DNA from: Patescibacteria group bacterium
Lineage (GTDB): Bacteria; Patescibacteriota; UBA1384; XYA2-FULL-43-10; 1-14-0-10-43-13
Direction of reading: 5' to 3'
Length of the DNA: 64,000 bases
NCBI GenBank assembly: GCA_038078835.1
Contig: JBBTQI010000005.1
Location: 43,901-107,900 of the forward strand
Shown here: piece after piece, positions 8,207-15,941 of the stretch
Numbering within the stretch: position 1 is the stretch's first letter
How the letters are laid out: each line of letters opens with the position of its first letter
Program-made: the position numbers and the translations under genes
The notes under the pieces: model-generated
Databases searched by the model: none
Seen by the model: only the letters and a program-made list of their open reading frames with translations
What the model was told of the DNA's origin: nothing

Positions 8207-8683
8207 TTACTTAAGTTCGACTGTGGCGCCGGCGGCTTCAAGCTTAGCCTTGGCGGCTTCGGCCTCTTCCTTCTTGGCACCCTTTAAAACCTCTTTGGGT
8301 GCACTCTCCACCAAAGTCTTGGCCTCAACCAAACCAAGATCGGGCTTAACTTCGCGAACTGCCTTGATCACTTGGATCTTCTGGGCACCGGCGTTAGTCA
8401 GAACAACATCAAAGATCGTCTTCTCCTCAACTTCGGGCGCGGAGACGCCAGCGGCGGGAGCACCCGCCATAGCAACGGGCGCGGCGGCGGAGACACCGAA
8501 CCGATCCTCAAGCGCCTTGACCAGCTCAGACAACTCCAAAACCGACAAGCCCTCGATCTGCTTGATGAGATCGGCGAATTTACCCGAGAGTTCCCTCGAC
8601 TCCGCTCGGGATGAATCCTCCGGATTCACCTTCTTTTCTTCAACTACCTTAGTGGCAGTCTTAGTTTTTTCTTCCTCAGCCAT
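8207..8683 (-). CDS. rplL: 50S ribosomal protein L7/L12 with about 30-aa N-terminal Lys/Glu-rich extension
   Basis: [32 protein letters not shown] and ...[32 protein letters not shown]. Confidence 0.9.
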   Translation of the reverse strand: MAEEEKTKTATKVVEEKKVNPEDSSRAESRELSGKFADLIKQIEGLSVLELSELVKALEDRFGVSAAAPVAMAGAPAAGVSAPEVEEKTIFDVVLTNAGAQKIQVIKAVREVKPDLGLVEAKTLVESAPKEVLKGAKKEEAEAAKAKLEAAGATVELK

Positions 8684-8775
8684 AATACTTCCTTTCCGTC
8701 TAGCAATCTAGTATTTAGTAGGCTAGCTAATTAGCTAACTTGCTAGCACGCTAACTTGCTGAATAACTATTTACT
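8684..8775 (-). promoter_or_regulatory. TAGC-rich promoter/leader module upstream of rplL, near-identical to the module upstream of rpmG
   Basis: Reverse complement matches 60055..60157 over about 90 nt including ...gattgctagacggaaaggaagtattATG. Confidence 0.5.
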
Positions 8776-9285
8776 TTCCCGATAATTACTTAAAACATTA
8801 ACCAACCCCCGAATGTTCCCGGCCAGGACATTAACCAGACCCGACATTGGCGCGGCAACTGTTCCCACGACTCGAGCATAAAGCTCTTCGCGCGACGGCA
8901 AAGCCGCCAGACGCCCTACTCCCTCAACATCAATAAAGCGGCGCCCCAAGAGACCGCCCAGAATCTCAAGAAATTCGTGGCTCTTGGTATAAGTATTTAT
9001 CTCTTTAGCCGGCGCAACCTCGTCGGCGTGGGCAAAAGCAATGGCGATCGGTTTATCAAAAATATCCTCCGGCATCTCGATGCCCTCTTCTCTTAAGGCA
9101 ATCCGAGCCAGAGAAGCCTTAACAACATGAAAATCAATCTGCTGCTGATGCAATTTGCGGCGCAACTCCTCGGTCTCGCTAACCTTTAATCCCTTGTAAT
9201 CAACAACAACAGCCGACTTGGCACCGGAAAATTCACTCTTAAGTCGCCGAAGCTCATCTGCTTTTTGTTCCTTTGTCTTTGCCAT
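8767..9285 (-). CDS. rplJ: 50S ribosomal protein L10
   Basis: Track ORF trimmed to MAKTKEQKADEL...; L10 fold motifs; lies upstream of rplL. Confidence 0.9.
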   Translation of the reverse strand: MAKTKEQKADELRRLKSEFSGAKSAVVVDYKGLKVSETEELRRKLHQQQIDFHVVKASLARIALREEGIEMPEDIFDKPIAIAFAHADEVAPAKEINTYTKSHEFLEILGGLLGRRFIDVEGVGRLAALPSREELYARVVGTVAAPMSGLVNVLAGNIRGLVNVLSNYRESK

Positions 9286-9442
9286 ACAGTTCCTTAAACA
9301 AAAAATCCTGCCGGTGCAGGAAACATAAGCAAAAACACTTATATTGTCTCCTGCACAAGGTTGAAAGTTTAATTCGCCACAGCGAACCTTGTGGTCTTGG
9401 GAATTCAATTGCTAATTTACCAAAACCGGGGGCAATTGTCAA

Positions 9443-10258
9443 TTATTTCTTGGTGCTCTTGATATCCATCTTTATACTCGGACCCATCGAAGTCGTCAGA
9501 AAGAGCGAATCGATTCGGCGCGGCAAATGACCAAGAAGAGCGTCGATGTTCTGTTTGATTCTCTCGGGACCAAAGGAGATTTTGCCGACCGGCATATGAA
9601 CAATATTAAATTTATCTGCCCGGTACTCAACCTTGCCGCCCTTGAGTTCGGAGATGGCCGCCGGAACATCGGCGGCGGCGGTTCCGGCTTTGAGCGAGGG
9701 CATCAACCCCTTTGGACCGAGCGTTTTGGCGACAGCCGCCAACTTGGGCATAACTTTTAAATCAGCCACCAAAAGATCGAAATCAATCTCGCCGCGCTTG
9801 ACTTTGGCGACTAGCTCATCAATATTTTTTTCAGTCGCACCAAAAATCCTCTTCTCTTTGGCCACGCCGCCCGGAAATGTGACTGTGCCGCGGATATTTT
9901 TTTCCTTTTCGTTAACCTTGGCGTGCAGTTCGACTGTGGCATCGAATTTGGCCGGTGAGGTTTGGAGAGCAAGATCGATTGCCTCTGCGACCAGATACTC
10001 TCTCTCCGCCTCAATCCGGCCGGCCAGGGTCCGATAGCGCTTGCCGTGGAGCAACCGCTTGGGCTGTTCGGTTGCCGTTGGTTCTGCCGCCTTCTCCGCC
10101 TTCTCCGCCTTCTCCTCTTTTTCGGCTTTCTTAATTTCTTCCCTCTTAACTTCTTCGGTTTCTTTGCGCTCCCTTTCCCGCTCCTCCGCCTCCTTGAGAA
10201 TCTTCTTTTCGTCGCCAACCTCATCCGGGACAATTTCCTTAACCTTTTTGCGAGCCAT
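9443..10258 (-). CDS. rplA: 50S ribosomal protein L1 with about 70-aa Lys/Glu-rich N-terminal extension
   Basis: L1 core (...GTVTFPGG...KFNIVHMPVGKISF...); 9-nt tandem repeat gccttctcc x3 at 10087..10113 encodes EKAEKAEKA. Confidence 0.9.
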   Translation of the reverse strand: MARKKVKEIVPDEVGDEKKILKEAEERERERKETEEVKREEIKKAEKEEKAEKAEKAAEPTATEQPKRLLHGKRYRTLAGRIEAEREYLVAEAIDLALQTSPAKFDATVELHAKVNEKEKNIRGTVTFPGGVAKEKRIFGATEKNIDELVAKVKRGEIDFDLLVADLKVMPKLAAVAKTLGPKGLMPSLKAGTAAADVPAAISELKGGKVEYRADKFNIVHMPVGKISFGPERIKQNIDALLGHLPRRIDSLFLTTSMGPSIKMDIKSTKK

Positions 10259-10355
10259 CTTATCTCCCTGTGGTACCAGCGATCACTCTTGCGATCTCCC
10301 ACATTAATTTGTGATACTCAAGTCTAACATATCTAGAACAACGAATCAAGATGGA

Positions 10356-10982
10356 CTAGACAACTTGAACGGTATGAGCTGGTATCTCGCTCTCCTTCTG
10401 CCCCAAAAAGGGCACGATGTATTCAATAACTTCATCCGTGATTCGCGCCAAAATGGGCGTCTCCCGATCCGAAAACGGCTGAAGAACAAAGCTGGCCGTA
10501 TCAATTTGAGTGTCGGGGCTCTGATCTTTCGCAACATTACCCCTGAGCTCAGAGATCCCCAGGCGGATCCGGGTAAACTCATCCGTACCCAACAGGTCGA
10601 TAATATTCTGCAGACCTTTGTGTCCGCCGCTTCCGCCGCCGTGGCGGACGCGGGCGTAACCCAGCGGCAGATCAACATCGTCGCTGACAACAATGATGTC
10701 CGCCGGAGCGATTTTGTAAAAGTTAATAATTTTTCTCACGGCCTCGCCGGAGAGATTCATAAAAGTTTGCGGTTTGACCAGCAGCACATCCTCGCCGTCA
10801 GCACTTGTTTTAATAATCTCGGCCCTAAAATCTTTTTTAAGCTCAAATAAGCAGGGTCCCGTTGCCGGTGCCAATTCGGGATGTTTGGCCAGTTTAGTCA
10901 CAAAGTAAAATCCGGCATTATGGCGCGTGCCGTCGTACTGCTCCCCCGAGTTTCCCAATCCGACTATTATTTTCATTATCAC
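10356..10982 (-). CDS. pth: Peptidyl-tRNA hydrolase
   Basis: MKIIVGLGN...YDGTRHNAGF... Pth signature. Confidence 0.9.
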   Translation of the reverse strand: MIMKIIVGLGNSGEQYDGTRHNAGFYFVTKLAKHPELAPATGPCLFELKKDFRAEIIKTSADGEDVLLVKPQTFMNLSGEAVRKIINFYKIAPADIIVVSDDVDLPLGYARVRHGGGSGGHKGLQNIIDLLGTDEFTRIRLGISELRGNVAKDQSPDTQIDTASFVLQPFSDRETPILARITDEVIEYIVPFLGQKESEIPAHTVQVV

Positions 10983-11284
10983 AATCCGGGGATGTTGAGG
11001 TTGCCCATCACGCCCTTCATCTTCTCGGCGGCGTGAGCTTGGGCGCGGGCAACAGCCTGCGAAACGGTGTTTTTAATCTCCTTCTCCAACTCTCTTTTAT
11101 TTTCCGGCCGAAGCGCGTTCTCGTCAATATCAATCTCCGTCATATGCTGTTCGCCATTAAAAATAACGGTGACCCAACCGCTATTGCTCTTTGCCTCGAT
11201 CTCGGTCTCTTTTAGTTCCTTCTGAATCTGGCGCGCTTTCTTTTGCAGCTCATACAGATCCTTCATCTTGCCAAAATCAACCAT
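10979..11284 (-). CDS. ybaB: Nucleoid-associated protein YbaB/EbfC
   Basis: 101 aa, ...MKDLYELQKKARQIQKELKETEIEAKSNSGWVTV... Confidence 0.85.
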   Translation of the reverse strand: MVDFGKMKDLYELQKKARQIQKELKETEIEAKSNSGWVTVIFNGEQHMTEIDIDENALRPENKRELEKEIKNTVSQAVARAQAHAAEKMKGVMGNLNIPGL

Positions 11285-11294
11285 AAAACTCCTT

Positions 11295-11975
11295 TTATAT
11301 CGGTTTAATAATTTTTGAAACAGCGAATATGATTATACTTAAACCGAGACTTAAAATCAACAAAATGACAACAGTCGAGAGAACGAGAGCGAGTTGATCG
11401 GGAATGTAGGGGGTGATATCGGGGCGAATGCTGGTGTAACGATAGAGACCATAACCGATCAGGCCAAGTAATCCGACCGTAAAAGCAATGTTCATTAAAT
11501 CCTGGGCGCTCGGATTCATTGTCACTGTAATTGAGAGCAAAAGGTAGACCAGAATTAGCGTCTTCTTGCTCTCCATATCGAGACTGCGGGCTAAATCAAT
11601 GATATGATTAAGTATGCTCTGGTATGAAAAGTTCACAACATCAAACTCAACCTGCCTAAAACCGATAAATTTGGAGAGGACATAGATTGCCGCCACCCCC
11701 ACAACCAGCGGTGCCAGCGAGATAATAATCTGGCCGAAGATCGGGACCTTGGGCCGCTTGTGCTCGACACTGCCGCCCTTAGGATCAAAAAGATTAACGG
11801 CGTGGAGCTTGGCCCCGGTCAGCAGGCAGGCAGTGGTATGAGCCATCTCGTGAAGTATGACGCCGGGCGCGACAAACCAGCGGTAACGGCCGCCCAAAAG
11901 AGAACGCGACAAGAAGAAGTCGATCATTATAGCAATGACCGGTATCGCTCCCAATAATATCGCTATTTCCTTCAT
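11295..11975 (-). CDS. Polytopic membrane zinc-metalloprotease-like protein (HEMAH motif)
   Basis: Track ORF trimmed to MKEIAILL with AGGAGG RBS; HExxH plus multiple TM helices. Confidence 0.55.
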   Translation of the reverse strand: MKEIAILLGAIPVIAIMIDFFLSRSLLGGRYRWFVAPGVILHEMAHTTACLLTGAKLHAVNLFDPKGGSVEHKRPKVPIFGQIIISLAPLVVGVAAIYVLSKFIGFRQVEFDVVNFSYQSILNHIIDLARSLDMESKKTLILVYLLLSITVTMNPSAQDLMNIAFTVGLLGLIGYGLYRYTSIRPDITPYIPDQLALVLSTVVILLILSLGLSIIIFAVSKIIKPI

Positions 11976-12117
11976 CACCCCTCCTAAGCACACAAACTAG
12001 GTAGCCCAAACCCAGCTTACCAAATATTAACCAGGGAGGCAATTTTACTTTAAAGGTGTGTGCAGATAAGCAATGAGGCAATGAGAATGAGTGTGAGGGG
12101 AGAGTGAGGCAAGAGTG

Positions 12118-12853
12118 AGGGGACGGTTCTCTTTTAGATACAGTTTTACACTTTTTAAGTCTTTATCTTCCGATCTATCTTGTCTTGTTCTCTATAACGT
12201 TGAATGTCGCTACCCCAGATGGGTTTCCGATATGATTCCTCGATTATTTGAGCAACGAGCAATCCTTGGTAGTTGGTTTGTCGCTCCGCTTCGTTCTTTC
12301 CCATTGCCTCGTACATGAAATCAGGTGTGATAAGAGGATTTTTCTCACCCATAGAATAAAATCGATAACTGGAGTAAAGATACTCCTCTGGACTTTTTGC
12401 CAGATCGGCTCTGATTGGATTGAGTTCAATATATTTTCCGCACTGGATAAAGTAAGCATCTTTGCCAATAGTTTGGCTTTTAAAACGATCCTGCCAAAAG
12501 TGGCCCACCCAATTATATTTTTGTTGGTAATGGTGAAAATATGCCAAGTTTATTTTTTTCATAAAGACAGAGAACTCGCTGGCATGCTTTGTCTGAATCT
12601 GAAAATGGGTATGCGTTGGCATAAGACAATAATGATAGAGGTCAAAAGGGTGTTCTATCTTGTATTTCGCAAGTAATTCCAAATAGTACAAGTAGTCATC
12701 GGGCGACCTAAAGACAACACTGCGGTTATTGCCTCGCGTCATAATATGATAGTAACTTTGTGACAAGAGAAGCCTTTTTGCCCTGGGCATATAGCAATAA
12801 TACCAAGATTGACAAAAAAGTGTAATTTTGTAATCAAAAGAGAACCGTCCCCT
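12118..12853 (-). mobile_element. REP-associated (RAYT-like) / IS200-like Y1 transposase unit bounded by perfect 18-bp inverted repeats (aggggacggttctctttt / aaaagagaaccgtcccct)
   Basis: 18-bp perfect inverted repeat at 12118..12135 and 12836..12853 flanking the Y1 transposase gene; short repeat clusters outside each inverted repeat. Confidence 0.55.
12155..12790 (-). CDS. IS200/IS605-family Y1 (HuH) tyrosine transposase, RAYT-like
   Basis: Track ORF trimmed to MPRAKRLL; HuH motif LYHYCLMPTHTHF and ...WQDRFKS... catalytic Tyr region. Confidence 0.75.
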   Translation of the reverse strand: MPRAKRLLLSQSYYHIMTRGNNRSVVFRSPDDYLYYLELLAKYKIEHPFDLYHYCLMPTHTHFQIQTKHASEFSVFMKKINLAYFHHYQQKYNWVGHFWQDRFKSQTIGKDAYFIQCGKYIELNPIRADLAKSPEEYLYSSYRFYSMGEKNPLITPDFMYEAMGKNEAERQTNYQGLLVAQIIEESYRKPIWGSDIQRYREQDKIDRKIKT

Positions 12854-12892
12854 TTCCGCAGTCCCCTTTCCGCAAGCGTCCCCTTTCCGCAA
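12847..12892. repeat. Three tandem copies of gtcccctttccgca(a) just outside the right inverted repeat
   Basis: cgtcccctttccgca gtcccctttccgcaa gcgtcccctttccgcaa; gagtgagg-type repeats at the left end (12070-12120). Confidence 0.7.
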
Positions 12893-12951
12893 GCTTCCTG
12901 AGGCAGAATCAGTGATTGCTTTGTAGTTTAAAATTCTAAATTTGTTGAGCT

Positions 12952-13752
12952 TCATAGAATTATAGTTTGCTTTTCATATAATATTGGCAAAGCGTCCTGC
13001 CTCATACGAAATTTTGTGCCGTGGTTATGGCCGGTGCGGGCGTCGAAATCCACAAGAATTTTTCCTTCTTCCAGCGCTTTCAAAAATCCTTCAAAACTGA
13101 ATTTCTGCAACATCATCACTTTTGTGTAATGATAAAATTCTTTTTTCCGAACGATTTTGACTTCGGCTTGAACATAAAAACAGTTCAGCAATTTTGTTCC
13201 CGCTTTGTGTTTCAAGTCATCAAAACCCCAATACGGTTGTGGATTTAATTCACTTAGACCGACCCTCTTTTTGACTAATTTTTTCCAACCGGAATGTTTT
13301 TCAGCTATTTTTTTGCTGTTGAAAGAAATTAAAACCTTCTGCTCCTTTTTGTCTATCTTCACAAAAAACCCTCGGTCGGAAACCGATGAACCACAGATTG
13401 TTTGCCTAAAACTCATTTCTTCAGATTTATATTTTGTCCCGGCTTCTTGGTGCCCCCAGCCATAAAGGGGTAAAAGAATTTTTGGGACAAATCCTACTGC
13501 TCGAGGTGATGGCTCCATATGAAAAAGTGTTGTGAGAGAACAGGTATTTATCCTCTGGGTCTTGAGTTCCCACTCTGCTGCGTTTGGAATTGGTAAATTA
13601 TTTTCCTGTATCCCGAGTAAATCCTCAAGCGTATTACCAATTCCACCGCTATTACCATGTCTCGCATTTGGAATCCAACCCTTTTTAACAATTTCCTTGA
13701 ACTTTTCAATGAGTGATTCTTTGGAAAATAGTACCGGTTTCTTTATCATCAC
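12952..13752 (-). CDS. Type II restriction endonuclease, MvaI/BcnI-like
   Basis: Pattern matches recalled BcnI/MvaI blocks (GNTLEDLLGIQENN...EWELK..., LTTLFHMEP); about 40% GC versus about 50% genome; adjacent MTase. Confidence 0.65.
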   Translation of the reverse strand: MMIKKPVLFSKESLIEKFKEIVKKGWIPNARHGNSGGIGNTLEDLLGIQENNLPIPNAAEWELKTQRINTCSLTTLFHMEPSPRAVGFVPKILLPLYGWGHQEAGTKYKSEEMSFRQTICGSSVSDRGFFVKIDKKEQKVLISFNSKKIAEKHSGWKKLVKKRVGLSELNPQPYWGFDDLKHKAGTKLLNCFYVQAEVKIVRKKEFYHYTKVMMLQKFSFEGFLKALEEGKILVDFDARTGHNHGTKFRMRQDALPILYEKQTIIL

Positions 13753-13757
13753 GCTCC

Positions 13758-14510
13758 TTATATTAGCTTACCCTGAGCAGTATGTTTTTTTATTCTCTCT
13801 TCTGCCATTTTGCAGTACTCTGGCGATACATCTATTCCGATATAGTTCCGATTAAAATTAATCGCAGACAGAGCAGTCGTACCTGAACCCATAAATGGAT
13901 CGAGGACTACATTTGCATTTGTTGAGGAAATTATGCGGTTGATTAGCTTTACAGGAAAAGGTGCGGGGTGGCCATTTTTCATTTCTTGGGTAAATTCCCA
14001 AATATCACCATAAGCATTAGCCTTAGGAGACAGTTTAAATTTGGGCTTAGCAATCAAATAGATAACTTCGTAAGTCGGTAAAAAATATCCGGCGTTGAAG
14101 TTGAGCCCGCCTTTTCTTTTCCAAATGATAATTTGCCTTACAGGAAAGCCGCTAACTATATCTTGACGATCTTGCAAAAGTCCTGCTTGCACCCTCCATT
14201 TATGGTTATAAAAAATGGCTCCATTCTCGGGAATAATACGCATTGCCTCATTCAGAAATTCTCTTTGCCATTGAGCGTATAACTCGTGGGGCATATTGTC
14301 ATCATAATTTGCGTATCCTTTTTGCAAAGCAGCATTTGCCCATTTGCCGCCACGCCCATCTTTCATACCATTACCGGTTGAATTCTTTAAATTATATGGC
14401 GGTGAAGTGATTACCAAGTCAACTACTCCATTAGGAATCTGCTTCATCACTTCAACGACATCACCACAGATTATTTTGTTGATAAAATCATCCGGATATT
14501 TCATTTTCAC
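13758..14510 (-). CDS. Beta-class DNA N4-cytosine/N6-adenine methyltransferase (motif IV DLVITSPPY before motif I DPFMGSGTT)
   Basis: SPPY and FxGxG motifs in beta-class order; cognate MTase of the adjacent REase. Confidence 0.8.
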   Translation of the reverse strand: MKMKYPDDFINKIICGDVVEVMKQIPNGVVDLVITSPPYNLKNSTGNGMKDGRGGKWANAALQKGYANYDDNMPHELYAQWQREFLNEAMRIIPENGAIFYNHKWRVQAGLLQDRQDIVSGFPVRQIIIWKRKGGLNFNAGYFLPTYEVIYLIAKPKFKLSPKANAYGDIWEFTQEMKNGHPAPFPVKLINRIISSTNANVVLDPFMGSGTTALSAINFNRNYIGIDVSPEYCKMAEERIKKHTAQGKLI

Positions 14511-14571
14511 TCTACCCTCACTAAACTGACCTGACCGATACCGAGGCGGCTAAATTAGAAACAGATTAATT

Positions 14572-14627
14572 TGGTGGACTGGGAGGGACTCGGACCCTCT
14601 ACCTCCGCAATGCGCCCCGTACCACAT
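14572..14627 (-). pseudogene. Degenerate partial tRNA copy (D-loop to CCA end, about 56 nt) immediately 3' of tRNA-Ala
   Basis: TGTGGTACGGGGCGCATTGCGGAGGTAGAGGGTCCGAGTCCCTCCCAGTCCACCA aligns to tRNA-Ala from GTGGTACG to AGTCCACCA but lacks the 5' acceptor and D-stem. Confidence 0.5.
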
Positions 14628-14701
14628 TGGTGGACTTAGCGAGAATCGGACTCGCGTCTCCACAATGCGAATGTGGCGTCGTACCACTAGACCATAAGCC
14701 C
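14628..14701 (-). tRNA. tRNA-Ala (anticodon CGC)
   Basis: 74 nt cloverleaf, G3:U70, anticodon loop TTCGCAT, encoded CCA. Confidence 0.8.
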
Positions 14702-14743
14702 AAGTGGGTACGGGGTAAAAATGCAGCGTTCTAAATTTAAATA

Positions 14744-15796
14744 TTAATTACCAGCCCCTAACTTTGCTTGCCACTTGAGCTCGGCTTCGATGAAGGGATC
14801 GATCTCGCCGAGTAAAACCTTATCGGGATCTTTGGATTCATAATTCGTCCGATGGTCCTTAACCAATTTATAGGGATGCAGGACGTAGGAGCGAATCTGA
14901 TTCCCCCACTCCGGCGCCGCAAATTCACCCCGGATCTCCTCGATCTTCTCCCGCCGCTGATCAAGCATCAGTTTGGCCAGACGGGAACGCAAAACCTTGA
15001 GGGCATTCTCCTTATTTTGGAGCTGACTTCGCTCGTTTTGGCAAGTGACAACAATGCCGGTCGGCAGGTGGGTCAGCCGCACCGCCGAATCAGTCGTGTT
15101 AACGGATTGGCCGCCGTGACCGCTGGCCCGAAAGACATCAACCCGCAGATCCTTGGGGTCAATACTTATCTCCCTGTCTGTTTCGATCTCGGGCAAAACC
15201 TCAACCAGCGCGAAGGAGGTTTGACGCAGGGCCTTGGCGTTAAAGGGCGACTGCCGCACCAGGCGATGGACACCGGACTCGCCCTTGAGCTTGCCAAAAA
15301 CGTAAGAGCCGGCAATCTCCAAGGTGGCACTTTTAATACCCGCCTCGCCGCCGCTTGACCGGTCAAGGATTTGGGCCGCCAGATTGTTCTGCTCGGCCCA
15401 GCGCAGATACATCTCAAAAAGCATCTCCGTCCAGTCCTGAGCATCAACGCCACCCGCGCCGGCATAGAAGTTAAGGAGGGCATTGTGATCGTCGTACTTG
15501 CCGCCAAGATAAGTATAAATCTCAAGCTCGGCGATCTCAGCGTGAAGCGCCGCCAGCTCCTCTGGCGAGGCAATTTGGGCAATCTCATAAATATCGTCAA
15601 ACTTTCTGATCTCTTCCCCGAGTTTCTTGAGTTCCTGCGACTTGGCCTGGGCCGTTTTTTCGTCCAACCAAAAATCAGACGATTGCATCTCTGCCTCGAT
15701 CGCCGCAACCATGGATTTCTTTTCATCAATTTTCAAAATGTCTCGCAACTCCTCGAGACGATTTTTGATGTCGGTCATACGATCACATTCTATCAA
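14744..15796 (-). CDS. prfB: Peptide chain release factor 2 (no frameshift site present)
   Basis: GGQ and SPF motifs; single uninterrupted frame (alternative start at 15778). Confidence 0.85.
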   Translation of the reverse strand: MIECDRMTDIKNRLEELRDILKIDEKKSMVAAIEAEMQSSDFWLDEKTAQAKSQELKKLGEEIRKFDDIYEIAQIASPEELAALHAEIAELEIYTYLGGKYDDHNALLNFYAGAGGVDAQDWTEMLFEMYLRWAEQNNLAAQILDRSSGGEAGIKSATLEIAGSYVFGKLKGESGVHRLVRQSPFNAKALRQTSFALVEVLPEIETDREISIDPKDLRVDVFRASGHGGQSVNTTDSAVRLTHLPTGIVVTCQNERSQLQNKENALKVLRSRLAKLMLDQRREKIEEIRGEFAAPEWGNQIRSYVLHPYKLVKDHRTNYESKDPDKVLLGEIDPFIEAELKWQAKLGAGN

Positions 15797-15836
15797 ATCT
15801 GAAACAAAAAATCACCCTTCGACTGCTTGCTATTGT

Positions 15837-15866
15837 TGGATCCCGCATCAAGTGCGGGATAACAAA
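15837..15866. repeat. Hairpin repeat family H1, copy 2 (ggATCCCGCAtcaagTGCGGGATaacaaaa)
   Basis: 8-bp stem; in prfB-DUF11 intergenic region. Confidence 0.5.
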
Positions 15867-15897
15867 AGGGTAAATCAGGGTGACTTTTATCGTTATT

Positions 15898-15935
15898 CAC
15901 CTCCGAGGTGTTTGGGCACATTCATCTCGGAGGTG
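15898..15935. repeat. 38-nt palindromic element, intergenic copy (CACCTCCGAGGTG-TTTGGGCACATTCAT-CTCGGAGGTG)
   Basis: 10-13 bp arms; homologous copy inside cysS at 23249..23286. Confidence 0.6.
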
Positions 15936-15941
15936 TTTTAA

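Noticed and set aside
7656-12892. Short tandem repeats (gcctgag x4, gccttctcc x3, gtcccctttccgca x3) as CRISPR arrays
   Set aside because: No spacer structure and far too few units; no cas genes in window.
14572-14627. Second complete tRNA next to tRNA-Ala
   Set aside because: Only a D-loop-to-CCA partial copy with no 5' acceptor or D-stem; called a tRNA-derived fragment instead.
14744-15796. Programmed +1 frameshift in prfB
   Set aside because: The frame is continuous and no in-frame UGA/SD frameshift cassette is visible; this RF2 is unframeshifted.
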